A DNA stretch of 64,000 nt, taken from positions 43,116 to 107,115 of the IMG/VR virus record IMGVR_UViG_3300014720_000019; one strand, 5' to 3'. This stretch comes from a virus. The notes under the pieces are model-generated. The model worked only from the letters and a program-made list of their open reading frames with translations, was not told the DNA's origin and did no database searches. How positions within the stretch are numbered: position 1 is the first letter of the stretch; the number at the start of each line of letters is the position of its first letter. The position numbers and the translations under genes are program-made. Positions 10,399 to 21,207 of the stretch are shown one piece after another.

Positions 10399-10831
10399 AC
10401 AAATAAAAGATCCAAGAACAAGTTGGGAGATATATGGTTATACAACAGACCCAACAAACAATAAACAGGAGGTTGTTTTATATGGTATGGAGTTTAAGTT
10501 AGACCAACTAAATAAAACAATAACAATAGAGAGATGTTTAGTATCACAAGATATATTAAAACACTTTAAGGTTAAGAGAGAAGACTCTGAACAAATAAGT
10601 AACCCACCATTATTTACACTTACAACTGAACAGTATTATGTAGAAGATCTTAGAGGCTCTATTATAAATGGTAGGTATGAACTAACTAACTGTAAGATAA
10701 AGATACATAAAGTGTCTTTAATGCCTGGTAGAAGGGTTATAGCTTATGATGTTACTTGTACTTATGATGAGATGATATATTATAAAGAATCAGTTGAAAC
10801 CTTTATTGATGAGATATTAGCCATTAATTAA
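10391..10831 (+). CDS. Diverged tail tube paralog 2
   Basis: Shares GRYELTNCKI and MPGRRVIA with the tube (GRYELQRCKI, MPGRRVIA). Overlaps paralog 1 by 8 nt. Confidence 0.75.
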   Translation: MTEQIKDPRTSWEIYGYTTDPTNNKQEVVLYGMEFKLDQLNKTITIERCLVSQDILKHFKVKREDSEQISNPPLFTLTTEQYYVEDLRGSIINGRYELTNCKIKIHKVSLMPGRRVIAYDVTCTYDEMIYYKESVETFIDEILAIN

Positions 10832-10851
10832 GCACACAATATATAACTTAT

Positions 10852-10888
10852 AAAGACTGTACTATATACTAATAAGTACAGTCTTTTT
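10852..10888 (+). terminator. Intrinsic terminator
   Basis: aaagactgtact / agtacagtcttt stem followed by a T tract. Confidence 0.75.
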
Positions 10889-10921
10889 ACATATAAACAT
10901 ATACAACTAATAGGAGAATAG

Positions 10922-13468
10922 ATGGCTAAGTATTATGAGGATGCAGCATCAACACCAGTGTTTGCAGTCACCTTTGTAAGTAATAGAGATGGCATTGTTA
11001 ATAGCACAGATGGACAAGTAACAACTAGTAATAATACTAATACAAACACACAAAATAGCAATCAAGCTAAATCAATAGAAGATATAACTAACGCAGATTA
11101 TAAATTCTCTAGTGATAGCATTAAACAGGGTTACTTAGTAAAAGTTGATAGAGTAAATAGGTTTAAGTCTCAGGTTATTGATCAATTTAAAAGACAGGGA
11201 AGAACAGTAACATCTAACTTTAAATATGTAGCAGGTCTTACACCAGAGATTGAGGAATTTCAAGGCTTTTCTTTAGATGATTTAAGAGCTGATTTATTTA
11301 CATATGTTGATACTAATATGAAAGGTTATTTACCTAGTAACGTTACTGCTGCTACTGCGGTTGAACAAGATATAAAATCTAATACAGCATCAAAGATAAA
11401 AGACACTGAATACTTAATCTACTCTAACTTACCCATTGTTAATGTTGGTGGGTCTGACTTATCACAGCAATCTAATTGGTACCTAACAGAAGCAGAGGTA
11501 GAGCTAACTAGAGATTGGCCCATTTGTAAGGCTAAGTTAGTAGTAACTTGTAAGCTTAATGATGATGGCACTATACCCTCTATAGTAGAGGTTGAGAAGG
11601 GCTTTACATATGGTAGAGAAAACAATCAATTAACACTATTAAAGAACAATGAAGGCCGCCTCTTATCAGCAGATGATGAAGTAAGAATATATGCTGGATA
11701 TAAGAGTGAACCCTGTATAAGTATGAATGACTTAGACGACTATCCTTATAGCTTTTCTACACTAAAAACAAATAAACTTGATCCAGAGAAGGACAAAGAT
11801 ACTATTAAAGAAGTACAATCTTTACAAAAACAAAAAGAGGCAATACAAGATGAAATAAACAAATTATATAGTATAAACTTACCCTTTATTGGAGATGCAA
11901 AAGGCAGAGAGTTATTTGGTAATAATGAAAAGTTATTAAAGGATTTAAATACTAAACTACAAGAGCTTGAGCTTCAGATTAATAACTTACAAAGAGATAA
12001 AGGTATTCAAAAAGCAGATTATACAGCAGATAAAGACAAACTAGCTCCTATATTCTGGGGATTCATAGACACTGTTGACTTCATTGGCAGTGCTAATTCA
12101 ATACAAATCATATACAACTTAAGAGATAGAAGTAGAATACTAGCTGACACTAAGCTTATAACACTACCCTATTTAAATGAGAATAAGGGTGAAAGAGGTA
12201 CCTTTGAAGGGCTTAGACATAAGACATTAGAAGGTGTATATAGAGCTGCTAATGGTGGCATATATCTTGATAATAATTATAAGTCAGCATCAGGATTAGA
12301 ATGGAGAAAGGGCTTTAATGTTGGAGAGGTCATAACATTATATGATAATAAGATTGACTTAAATGATCCTGATAAGAAGAGAAGGATTAATGATCAAACT
12401 GCTACCATACAAGAGATATATACAGACGCATTAGCAGAGCAAAGAATTAAGTATGCAGCAGCAATAGAAGATCCTAGTAGATGGGTAATAGCTAATACAT
12501 TCTTATCATCAACTGATATTAGTAGTAACAATTATAATGACTATGATCCTTTGTTTCATATATGGACATTAATGCCGCCCCTTGTAAGTGGTAGTGGTGC
12601 TACTAACATGCAAATAATTAATAAGAGTCCGTTTGAGATATTAGGTTATATGCAAGTAACAGAGGTTATGCCTATTGACTGCTATGCATCACATGTTAAT
12701 GGGCATTTTATATTTGGCCCAAGGATACTTGATACTAGTGGCTTAGATGATCCAGATAGAGGTAATAGAACGTACTTCTTCTTTGACTGTTTTGACAAGT
12801 TACCAGAGTCAAGATCATTGATTAAAAACATAAGAGTACAAACAAGTACTATTGGTGTTTATAACAGATTTACAGTGGCTAGTGCTGACTTTAACAATGC
12901 TACTAACGCATCACTTGGGGACCTATTAAGTATTGTTGATATTACACCTGTTAATACTAGAAATAGAAAGGTGCCAATCAAGCAACATATTATAACTGAT
13001 CCTAAGATTGCAAAGGAGAATAATAAAGAAGGGGCAGCACAAGCCTTAGCACTAACAACAGCATCTAACATGGCTAGAGACAATACTACAATCATATTTA
13101 AAGTGTTAGGTGATTCATCCTTCTGTCCAGGTGAAGCTGTTAGAGTGTTTAACACTGTACTTCATAGTAAGAATGTATTTACATTTAATGGTCAAACAGC
13201 AACATCATCTGCCTTCTTAAAAACCTTATACGACAAAGTAGAAGAGCTAAAGAAGAAGAATGGTGTTAAACAAGTTGATGGTAACAAGAAGATTGCTAAC
13301 TTATCTCAAGTGCTAGAGGAGATTAGAAACAATAGTGGCGCTCTTACTGATGATTTAAACAACGCATTACCAATGTATAAAGTAAGAGCCATTACACACT
13401 CATTAAAAGCAACAGGTGCTGATGCTGGCTTCATTACAAAGATAGTAGCCATTGCTGACATTATATAA
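10922..13468 (+). CDS. Baseplate hub protein (gp27/gpD-like)
   Basis: VRIYAGY...IFWGFIDTV...LRDRSRIL; C-terminal FKVLGDSSFCPGEAVRV and YKVRAITHS...GFITKI. RBS TAGGAG. Confidence 0.75.
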   Translation: MAKYYEDAASTPVFAVTFVSNRDGIVNSTDGQVTTSNNTNTNTQNSNQAKSIEDITNADYKFSSDSIKQGYLVKVDRVNRFKSQVIDQFKRQGRTVTSNFKYVAGLTPEIEEFQGFSLDDLRADLFTYVDTNMKGYLPSNVTAATAVEQDIKSNTASKIKDTEYLIYSNLPIVNVGGSDLSQQSNWYLTEAEVELTRDWPICKAKLVVTCKLNDDGTIPSIVEVEKGFTYGRENNQLTLLKNNEGRLLSADDEVRIYAGYKSEPCISMNDLDDYPYSFSTLKTNKLDPEKDKDTIKEVQSLQKQKEAIQDEINKLYSINLPFIGDAKGRELFGNNEKLLKDLNTKLQELELQINNLQRDKGIQKADYTADKDKLAPIFWGFIDTVDFIGSANSIQIIYNLRDRSRILADTKLITLPYLNENKGERGTFEGLRHKTLEGVYRAANGGIYLDNNYKSASGLEWRKGFNVGEVITLYDNKIDLNDPDKKRRINDQTATIQEIYTDALAEQRIKYAAAIEDPSRWVIANTFLSSTDISSNNYNDYDPLFHIWTLMPPLVSGSGATNMQIINKSPFEILGYMQVTEVMPIDCYASHVNGHFIFGPRILDTSGLDDPDRGNRTYFFFDCFDKLPESRSLIKNIRVQTSTIGVYNRFTVASADFNNATNASLGDLLSIVDITPVNTRNRKVPIKQHIITDPKIAKENNKEGAAQALALTTASNMARDNTTIIFKVLGDSSFCPGEAVRVFNTVLHSKNVFTFNGQTATSSAFLKTLYDKVEELKKKNGVKQVDGNKKIANLSQVLEEIRNNSGALTDDLNNALPMYKVRAITHSLKATGADAGFITKIVAIADII

Positions 13469-13495
13469 AGTACAACAGTAATAAGAACAATATAA

Positions 13496-13542
13496 GTAGT
13501 ATTAACACATGTTTATATATAACAACTATGTGTTAATACTAC
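13496..13542 (+). promoter_or_regulatory. Intergenic stem-loop without U tract
   Basis: Perfect 15-bp arms gtagtattaacacat / atgtgttaatactac. Confidence 0.6.
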
Positions 13543-13563
13543 AACAAATAATAAATAAAACAT

Positions 13564-14751
13564 ATGCTAGAAAACCCCTTATACAATCCTGGTGGATACT
13601 TTACAAACCTACAATCATTTGCTGCCATATCTAACAATTGGACATCAATTGGAGAGATAGTTAACTTAACAGATGATGGTGAGTATCAGAGCCACTTAAT
13701 ACAAAGATATGATGTGCAAGTATATAACATGGGAGGAATGATAGTTAAGGGTTGTATACCAGTAACTAATAACTTCAGTGGTAACGGTGTAGGTGAATAT
13801 GCAACTTATAAGGTGGGTGATGCGGTTATAGTCACATCACTATATGGTAGTTATGACAGCGTTGTAATATTGGGTGCTGTATCACTTCCTGGTAACATGG
13901 ATGTCTTCATGGGTAAAGACACAGAGAGATATAAGTTAAGACAACTACAAGCTGATAATACATACGCACCACAGCCTCTAATAACACCTGATAGAGCACA
14001 AAACCCATCAGCCAATAAGATAGCTATTACATCTACTCAGATGGATAAAGATAGTTATAAGAATACAGACTTATTAAAATCATCCAGTGATAGAGTGTCA
14101 CTTGTTAGAGAACAAGGACTACCTAATGGCATTGAAGTTGATAGTGGATTAGGTGACAAGGGTACATACTTTAGAGGTGTTGAGTATAAGTATATAAATG
14201 GTAACTACTATCAAATTGTGGTAGCTGATAAGGAGGACAAATGTGCTAAATCAACTAAGGTTGCAATGGTAGCATTAGACAAGGCTAAGAAGCTAAAAGA
14301 GTTAGGCGGTCAACCTAGAAATAGTAACAGTTTAATTGATACTAGATATAGAGCAGAACAATATCAAAGACTACATGATATAGCATTAGAGACTGCTAAG
14401 AAATGTAATACAAAGGCAATAGCAACTAAGCAAGCAATTAATAATGTAACAACTACAAACACTCCTACAAGTGGCACCAAAGTACCAGCTAACTACAAAC
14501 CTAATGAGAGTAAGTTAGATGTTAAAACATCAGAGCCAAGATTAACACTAACTAGAGATCAAGTTATAGGGTTTGTATCTAATAAGCAATGGAATAATAG
14601 TTTACCTAAAGATCAAGAGATAGCCGCTATAAGAACTTTATATTTATACTATGGATTAAAAGATGATACAAAAGGACAAGTGACTCAACCTCTAATTGAT
14701 AAGATATTAGCAGATCCTGACTATGCAACTTATAAAAAGACTAATAAATAG
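13564..14751 (+). CDS. Baseplate spike N-terminal (OB-fold, gp5/gpV-like) protein
   Basis: GVGEYATYKVGDAVIV...G...VVILG pattern of spike OB folds. Follows the hub gene. Confidence 0.65.
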   Translation: MLENPLYNPGGYFTNLQSFAAISNNWTSIGEIVNLTDDGEYQSHLIQRYDVQVYNMGGMIVKGCIPVTNNFSGNGVGEYATYKVGDAVIVTSLYGSYDSVVILGAVSLPGNMDVFMGKDTERYKLRQLQADNTYAPQPLITPDRAQNPSANKIAITSTQMDKDSYKNTDLLKSSSDRVSLVREQGLPNGIEVDSGLGDKGTYFRGVEYKYINGNYYQIVVADKEDKCAKSTKVAMVALDKAKKLKELGGQPRNSNSLIDTRYRAEQYQRLHDIALETAKKCNTKAIATKQAINNVTTTNTPTSGTKVPANYKPNESKLDVKTSEPRLTLTRDQVIGFVSNKQWNNSLPKDQEIAAIRTLYLYYGLKDDTKGQVTQPLIDKILADPDYATYKKTNK

Positions 14752-14764
14752 AGTAACAAATAAC

Positions 14765-15178
14765 ATGTTTATAGTAGTACTACATCAAACAACATCAAGT
14801 GCTAAAGACTTCTTACAAGCAGCACCAACAGCGCCATTCTCATATCATTTATTCATTGATATTAATGGTAATACAACATACTTAGTTGAATCATCTAGAC
14901 AAGCAAAAGCCTGTGCTAATTGTCTAGTAGATGGTATAACTAATGTGGATCAACAATCATATCAGATATGTTTTGAGTCAACAGATGGCACCTTATCAGG
15001 CCCTCAATATATGTCACTTGGTTATATATTATCTCTATTAGATATAAGACTTAATAATGTATATATACACTCAGAGATATCACCATCTAATGACTTGAAG
15101 CTAATTGATAAGGATAAGATTATAAAGGCTTATAATAAGTTCTTACCTAACAAGACTATATATACAGGATTAGAGTAA
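14765..15178 (+). CDS. N-acetylmuramoyl-L-alanine amidase-like protein (Amidase_2 fold, possibly degenerate)
   Basis: IVVLHQT, SYHLFIDING, ICFE, Q...L..L and YIHSEI motifs. Start could instead be 14723. Confidence 0.7.
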   Translation: MFIVVLHQTTSSAKDFLQAAPTAPFSYHLFIDINGNTTYLVESSRQAKACANCLVDGITNVDQQSYQICFESTDGTLSGPQYMSLGYILSLLDIRLNNVYIHSEISPSNDLKLIDKDKIIKAYNKFLPNKTIYTGLE

Positions 15179-16320
15179 TGGCTAGAACAAGAAAAGACTA
15201 TGAGGCCCTATTAACTAACACCAATGTTGTTGCATACTTAAATGCTATTAGCAAAGTAGAAGCACCTACATACTATACTGCTAATGGTGGAACAACATAT
15301 GTACCAACAAGTCCTGCTCATCCAAATGTAATTATTCCACCTGGAACATCAGCAGCATTTGGTAGATATCAATTTGTGCCTGGAACGTGGAGTGAAATAC
15401 AAGCTGGATTAGGACCTTTAGATATAAGAAAACCAAGAGATCAAGATATAGCTGCATTATATAGAATGGATTCTCTTAGGGGTACATTAGATAATGTGAT
15501 AGCTGGTAATTGCATTGCAACACTTGATAGTAACTCAGAAGAATGGGCAGCACTGCCTAACTCTTCTTCTGGCTTTGCTTATAAGGGTCAAGGTAGTCAA
15601 TATGATGCTCAATCATTTTGTAAGTTAGTTGATAGTTTAAAAGGAACAACATTACCAGGAGGGCCTCTTGTTAACAACAACACACCCACCCTATCTAACA
15701 GTAATACTAACAACAACTTAAGTAATCAAGGTAGTACCAACTTTGCAGATATAACATGTCCACCTATTAAAGAGGATGATTTATATAGAGCTAACTTTCA
15801 AATAAGTAATCCAGGATGTAAGATAACAGGTTTAATACAACCATTAACAGGAGGATCAACTAATGGGGCCACAGTTAGAAGTAATAGTGTAACTAATAGT
15901 GGTGTTGGCTTCTCTATTAATAAGCAAGGCTTTGGTAGTTGTACCAGTCTAAGAAGTCCATGTAACTTATCGGAGGTTGTATTTACATCTGGTTATGGGT
16001 GGAGATGGGGTAGAATGCATAATGGAGTTGACTTAGCAGGGCCAATTGACACACCAATATATGCAGCATCTAATGGTAAGGTTATATTTGCTGGTTGGCA
16101 AGATGGATATGGTAATAGAATAGAGATTATGAGTCCTGAGAACATAAGAACAACATATAGCCACTTAGAAGCTTTTAAATGTGTAGAAGGACAGCAAGTA
16201 CAAGTAGGACAACAGATTGGTGACATGGGTAGTACTGGCTTTTCAACTGGACCACATTTACACTTTGAAGTTGACTTAGGTGCTGGTTATATTGATCCAC
16301 AAGAATGTATTAGATTCTAA
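15178..16320 (+). CDS. Lambda-R-like lytic transglycosylase fused to M23 peptidase
   Basis: AYLNAISKVE...HP...SAAFGRYQF...TW...QD.AA...EWAALP (lambda lysozyme family). C-terminal GYGWRWGRMHNGVD...YSHL...GSTGFSTGPHLHFEV (M23). Confidence 0.9.
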   Translation: MARTRKDYEALLTNTNVVAYLNAISKVEAPTYYTANGGTTYVPTSPAHPNVIIPPGTSAAFGRYQFVPGTWSEIQAGLGPLDIRKPRDQDIAALYRMDSLRGTLDNVIAGNCIATLDSNSEEWAALPNSSSGFAYKGQGSQYDAQSFCKLVDSLKGTTLPGGPLVNNNTPTLSNSNTNNNLSNQGSTNFADITCPPIKEDDLYRANFQISNPGCKITGLIQPLTGGSTNGATVRSNSVTNSGVGFSINKQGFGSCTSLRSPCNLSEVVFTSGYGWRWGRMHNGVDLAGPIDTPIYAASNGKVIFAGWQDGYGNRIEIMSPENIRTTYSHLEAFKCVEGQQVQVGQQIGDMGSTGFSTGPHLHFEVDLGAGYIDPQECIRF

Positions 16321-16362
16321 TAATAATTAATAATAACTAATTAATAATAACTAATAATAACA

Positions 16363-16869
16363 ATGAACTACATAGAAACAGAAGCATATTCTAACTGTTG
16401 TACTGAGTGGCAGTTTTATTACAATAAGATATTAGGAGACGCTGGCATAACACCTCTTAAAAGAGACCTAATAACCTATCTTATAACTCCTACATATTAT
16501 AATGACAACACTGTCTATTTTGATTATAGAGGCTCTATAATCAACACTCTTATAACATCTAATATTACTAATTATAAGACTGCTTCATCTTATGTATTAC
16601 AAATGAAACAAGATGAGGATAATTATATATTTAACACCTATCCAACTAAGAATGAATACTCAATATATGATGTTATATTCTTAGTTGCTAGGATTAATAA
16701 CTGGTCAATAGATGGTCAACTGTTATTAGATATAAGGGCCACTCAATACAATACAAATTTAATAATAACTAATAAGTATGAAGCATTAAAACAATTAGAT
16801 ATATATTTAAATACAAATATAGCTGACACTTTATTTGGCTTATATCAAAGAACATACATAATAAGATAA
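16363..16869 (+). CDS. Hypothetical protein
   Basis: 168-aa ORF in operon context. Confidence 0.6.
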   Translation: MNYIETEAYSNCCTEWQFYYNKILGDAGITPLKRDLITYLITPTYYNDNTVYFDYRGSIINTLITSNITNYKTASSYVLQMKQDEDNYIFNTYPTKNEYSIYDVIFLVARINNWSIDGQLLLDIRATQYNTNLIITNKYEALKQLDIYLNTNIADTLFGLYQRTYIIR

Positions 16870-16873
16870 CAAC

Positions 16874-17899
16874 ATGTATAAACAGATAAACGTATTACCA
16901 ATAAACATTAATAATCTAAGTAATGATCAAAAGGTTATAGTCAATGATTTAGCTATAACAATGAATCAATCATCTAATAACTTGTATAAACTATTAACAC
17001 TATTTAATGAAGCAACAACAACTATTGGTTTATACAAGCTTATATATAAGTTAGAAGAGATACTAATAACATTAAATATTATAAATACTATTGATTCTAA
17101 TACATATGATATTAGAGAACAATCAATAGGTAATAAGGAGTTACTATCTATTAAAGAGCATTCAATTAGAATGTTTAACAATGAGAGAAGTTGGATAACA
17201 AGCTATGGATCATTGGGTTATTATCTAGGTTTTATAACTACTAAGAATGCATCATACTTATCACCATCAGAGCAGTCATATTATTCTTGTCTATCACTCA
17301 TTAAGTTATATTCTAATTACAATGACTTAGGACAAGCAATACAACAAGATGATAAACAGTATGATGAGTTTATATATAAATACATATCAACTGTCATTAA
17401 TAGGCAACCAGATGTAGCCACAGTTATTAGACATTTAAAGATATTACATAATTACAACTTGTCCAAATACGGGGCCATTTATCTACTAACTAATTTTAAA
17501 CAAAGACAACATATAGACTTTATATTTCAAACAATATCTATCAACTATATGTACTTCTTAAGAGATGTATATAAAGCTATAAAAGAGGGTGAGTTAGTTA
17601 TTAATGATATACCACTAGAAGAGACTTTAATAGACCCAGTAGAAAGCTTATATAAGTATAATGATGAGTTGATAGGACCAGGAGGTATTAATACTCTTAC
17701 AGTCCTACTAGCATCTAGTCTAATAAGAAGGGCTCATTATTTATGTAATAGAAACTATATAGACAACATAGATAGAATAAATAATCTAATAATAAAGGCC
17801 ACATCTTTACTATTGTTTAGTCCTATAACTAAATCAATAGGAGAAGAGATAAGTCAAATAATAACAAGGGAGATACCAATATATGACAACAACATTTAG
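16874..17899 (+). CDS. Hypothetical protein
   Basis: 341-aa helical ORF overlapping the next gene. Confidence 0.65.
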   Translation: MYKQINVLPININNLSNDQKVIVNDLAITMNQSSNNLYKLLTLFNEATTTIGLYKLIYKLEEILITLNIINTIDSNTYDIREQSIGNKELLSIKEHSIRMFNNERSWITSYGSLGYYLGFITTKNASYLSPSEQSYYSCLSLIKLYSNYNDLGQAIQQDDKQYDEFIYKYISTVINRQPDVATVIRHLKILHNYNLSKYGAIYLLTNFKQRQHIDFIFQTISINYMYFLRDVYKAIKEGELVINDIPLEETLIDPVESLYKYNDELIGPGGINTLTVLLASSLIRRAHYLCNRNYIDNIDRINNLIIKATSLLLFSPITKSIGEEISQIITREIPIYDNNI

Positions 17900-20800
17900 T
17901 GAACTAGACAAGCCAACAATACAATTAGATCAACTAGATAAAGTAACCTTTGATGGTACTGTCTACAATGAAGTTACTAAGTCTGCTGATAATATTTTAG
18001 CAACAACACAATTAAACAGTAATTTATCCTATGACAACTTCTTATTACACTCATCTAAAGAGTGGTTATCAACATTAGAAGATATAACATCAGATCTTGT
18101 TAAAGAGACTAAAGACACATCTGATAGGATTAAACAACAAAATAAAGTAATAGATGGCATCAATAAAGCAGCCCCAGATGCAGCCCCATTTAAAGACACA
18201 TCTGCTAAGCTGCAAGAAGGAGTTAAAGACTTATCAGAGAGTAGCAAAGCAATGGCACAAGTATATGATTATACAGGTGCTATTAACTTCATATCAAGTA
18301 CAAGTGTTAACACAGTTGCTGGCTCCATTGTTAGTACTAGTGACCTAGGTATGTTTAATAGAAGCCCCTCTATTACAAACATTGCTAATACAAAGGTAGA
18401 TAAGATATCAACCTCCTTTCAATTTAGTGACACATCATTAACACAAGATGACAAACATATAACAATTACCAATCAAAGAACTATTAGTGCTAGTGATGAC
18501 AATAAGGTTGTATCTAATACCACATCAACTACATCATCTGATAATAAGACAACTGCTGTTAACAGTCATCAAGTAGTAACTAATGAGCAAGCTTTATATA
18601 ATAACACAACAACAGTAGTAGCTAAGGAGGCTGCTATATTTGGTAGTGGAGGACCAACAACAGTAATAGGACAAACAGGTATAACAATAGCTGCTGGTCA
18701 AACAAATAAGACAACAGCATCAGGCGCATCAACAGACCCAGCACCAACTGAGATATTACCAGAATTACCACCTCCTAATATTGAATTATTATCAATAGGA
18801 GATATAACATCAAAGGCTAATGGTAGCTGCATTACAAGTGGAGATACAATTGGTAATAACTGTAATAAGTTTGGAGTCATATCAATTGACAACACTCAAT
18901 CTTCAACAACAACAGCTATTACAAGTAAGGCTCAAACGGTAGTTACTAGTGATGCTTTAACATATAATGGCACACAAAACACTGGCATACTAGTAACACC
19001 TACTGCCATATTAGCAGGTACAGGATTAGCACCACTAATACCAATACTAGGAGAAGTATTACCACCAATTATTATTGACTTGCCAGAGTTACCAGAGTTT
19101 CCATTTGGCAGTTTAGCAGACTTCTTATCTAAGTGTTTACCATTCAATATTGCCACACCAACTACTATTAATAATAATAGTAGTACTACTAACACAGATA
19201 TAACCACAAGTGTTGGTAATGGAGAAATAATAACCAGCCCTGTTCTTAATCCTGCTGAGCCTCCACCATTAGAAGTTGCACCAGAACCTCCATTAGTTGT
19301 ATTAGAGCCGCAGTCTAGTACACAACCAACCACACCAACATTAGATGAGCCAGTTGATATATCATTAGAAGATCCATTAGTACAACCAAGTAAGACATCT
19401 GAGCCTGCTAGCAATAAACAAGTAAAAGCTAATAAGACTGATAGAGCAGTTGATGAGGCACCAGTTCAATCTAACCAAACAAAGAACAAACAACATAATA
19501 CCAAAGGTGTAGTAATAGCTGCTTCTCAATTAGGCATATTACATCCTGTATTACAAAGACCAGAGGATGTTATTAATCCTAATAAAAACACCACACAATC
19601 TACATCTATAGTGCCTGAGATATCACCACAACTAACATATGGTGAGTCATTAAAGTCAATAACAAACTTACAACAATTTGAAGTTGTTCAGTCATTTAGT
19701 AAAGACATTAGACCTTTTATAACAGGTAATTATAGTGACTTTACAAAGGCAATTGCAATAGTAGAAACAAGTGGAATAACTATTAGTACTGACTACCCAA
19801 CAACCATTAATAATATATTATCTGATAAGTCTATAGTTAATCAGATACAGACATTTATTAACACTAAAAGACCAATTGGACAGGGAGGACAACAGCCACC
19901 AAACATACAAGATGATATATCTAATCCTATATCAGATCTTAATAGTGGTGGCAATAACTTTAGAACGCCTGCTACACCTGGACAAGGCATATTAGATACT
20001 ATGACAGTATTAGGTGAACCATCAACTACAACTAAAATGTCTATACTAAGAACAACTCCTGGTTGGTTTAGTAATAATGATCAAATAGCTAACATTGATC
20101 CTAATACTGTAACTGACTTTAAGTTTGGGGATGAACTAATTGATAATGCTAACTTAGCTGGCATATCAGAGTTATTAAATAACAAGTATGTAGATACTAT
20201 TAAAGGATTAATACCAGATTCTAAGATACAATCAGCCCTCTCATTAACACAAGATATAGCTGCTGGCAGAATAACAACACCACAAGAGTATGCAAGAGCT
20301 ATTGCTAATGTAGCAGGAGGAGAAATAGCAACATACATAACATATGCTGAGCAAGCATTTAACATATATCAACAAGTAGAACAGGGCAACTATACAGCAC
20401 TATTAGATATACCAGGAGTATCTAATGTATTAGGCAGTAAAGGCACAGCAGTAGCATCAAAGGTGTTATCTCTAATAAGTAAGAAGAACATAACTGATAA
20501 GGATATATATGATGTAGCTGGTAGTATATTCACAGCATTAACAGGCATTGGAATACCCTTATTAGATGAGCTAGCTAAACTACTAGGATGTATTGACTCA
20601 TTAAAACAAACAGAGCCCTTTCTACAATCAATATCTAACCCAGACTTACAAGACATTATTGATTATCTACCTAGAATAATACAATCAGCAAAAGATAATA
20701 ATGTTGTATTAAATATAAACCCTGATAACTCTAGAATAATACAATCAGCAAAGGATAATAATGTTGTATTAAATATAAACCCTGATAACTGTGGTCAAGT

Positions 20801-21194
20801 AATAGAGTTATCAGCAGAAGAAGCAACTATAACTGTAATAGAGATTGGGCCATCATATATTAAGTTCAAGTTAGATAGTAGAGATCTAATAAGATTTAAC
20901 AATAATCCATTACCAGACATAGGAACATATGTAAATGTATACTCAGAGTTCTACACTGATAGAGTTACAAATAAAGTCTTATTACCTTATAAAGTTGGGA
21001 CTCAATTCACATCTAATATCATTGAATATGTAATTACAAGTAGAAATGGAAGTGAATACACAGCAACTCTTATAAATACTAATACTATATTAACCTTAGA
21101 AGATAACATCACAGGCAGTCTATATGAGTATAGATCTATAGACATTGGTAATAGATTAGCACCTTACATACTAGACTCATACATACTTTTATAA
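17883..21194 (+). CDS. Large tail/baseplate protein, possible spike beta-helix region plus Pro-rich linker
   Basis: Ser/Thr-rich short beta repeats in the N-terminal third, a PEPP-rich linker and a helical C-terminal part. Lies in the baseplate cluster. Confidence 0.5.
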   Translation: MTTTFSELDKPTIQLDQLDKVTFDGTVYNEVTKSADNILATTQLNSNLSYDNFLLHSSKEWLSTLEDITSDLVKETKDTSDRIKQQNKVIDGINKAAPDAAPFKDTSAKLQEGVKDLSESSKAMAQVYDYTGAINFISSTSVNTVAGSIVSTSDLGMFNRSPSITNIANTKVDKISTSFQFSDTSLTQDDKHITITNQRTISASDDNKVVSNTTSTTSSDNKTTAVNSHQVVTNEQALYNNTTTVVAKEAAIFGSGGPTTVIGQTGITIAAGQTNKTTASGASTDPAPTEILPELPPPNIELLSIGDITSKANGSCITSGDTIGNNCNKFGVISIDNTQSSTTTAITSKAQTVVTSDALTYNGTQNTGILVTPTAILAGTGLAPLIPILGEVLPPIIIDLPELPEFPFGSLADFLSKCLPFNIATPTTINNNSSTTNTDITTSVGNGEIITSPVLNPAEPPPLEVAPEPPLVVLEPQSSTQPTTPTLDEPVDISLEDPLVQPSKTSEPASNKQVKANKTDRAVDEAPVQSNQTKNKQHNTKGVVIAASQLGILHPVLQRPEDVINPNKNTTQSTSIVPEISPQLTYGESLKSITNLQQFEVVQSFSKDIRPFITGNYSDFTKAIAIVETSGITISTDYPTTINNILSDKSIVNQIQTFINTKRPIGQGGQQPPNIQDDISNPISDLNSGGNNFRTPATPGQGILDTMTVLGEPSTTTKMSILRTTPGWFSNNDQIANIDPNTVTDFKFGDELIDNANLAGISELLNNKYVDTIKGLIPDSKIQSALSLTQDIAAGRITTPQEYARAIANVAGGEIATYITYAEQAFNIYQQVEQGNYTALLDIPGVSNVLGSKGTAVASKVLSLISKKNITDKDIYDVAGSIFTALTGIGIPLLDELAKLLGCIDSLKQTEPFLQSISNPDLQDIIDYLPRIIQSAKDNNVVLNINPDNSRIIQSAKDNNVVLNINPDNCGQVIELSAEEATITVIEIGPSYIKFKLDSRDLIRFNNNPLPDIGTYVNVYSEFYTDRVTNKVLLPYKVGTQFTSNIIEYVITSRNGSEYTATLINTNTILTLEDNITGSLYEYRSIDIGNRLAPYILDSYILL
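20671..20790 (+). repeat. 60-bp in-frame tandem duplication
   Basis: ctagaataatacaatcagcaaa(a/g)gataataatgttgtattaaatataaaccctgataact twice with one mismatch. Encodes RIIQSAKDNNVVLNINPDN twice. Confidence 0.95.
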
Positions 21195-21207
21195 GAGATA
21201 AAATAAC

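Noticed and set aside
16318-16362. TAATAA-type repeats as a regulatory array
   Set aside because: Short, low-complexity AT spacer.
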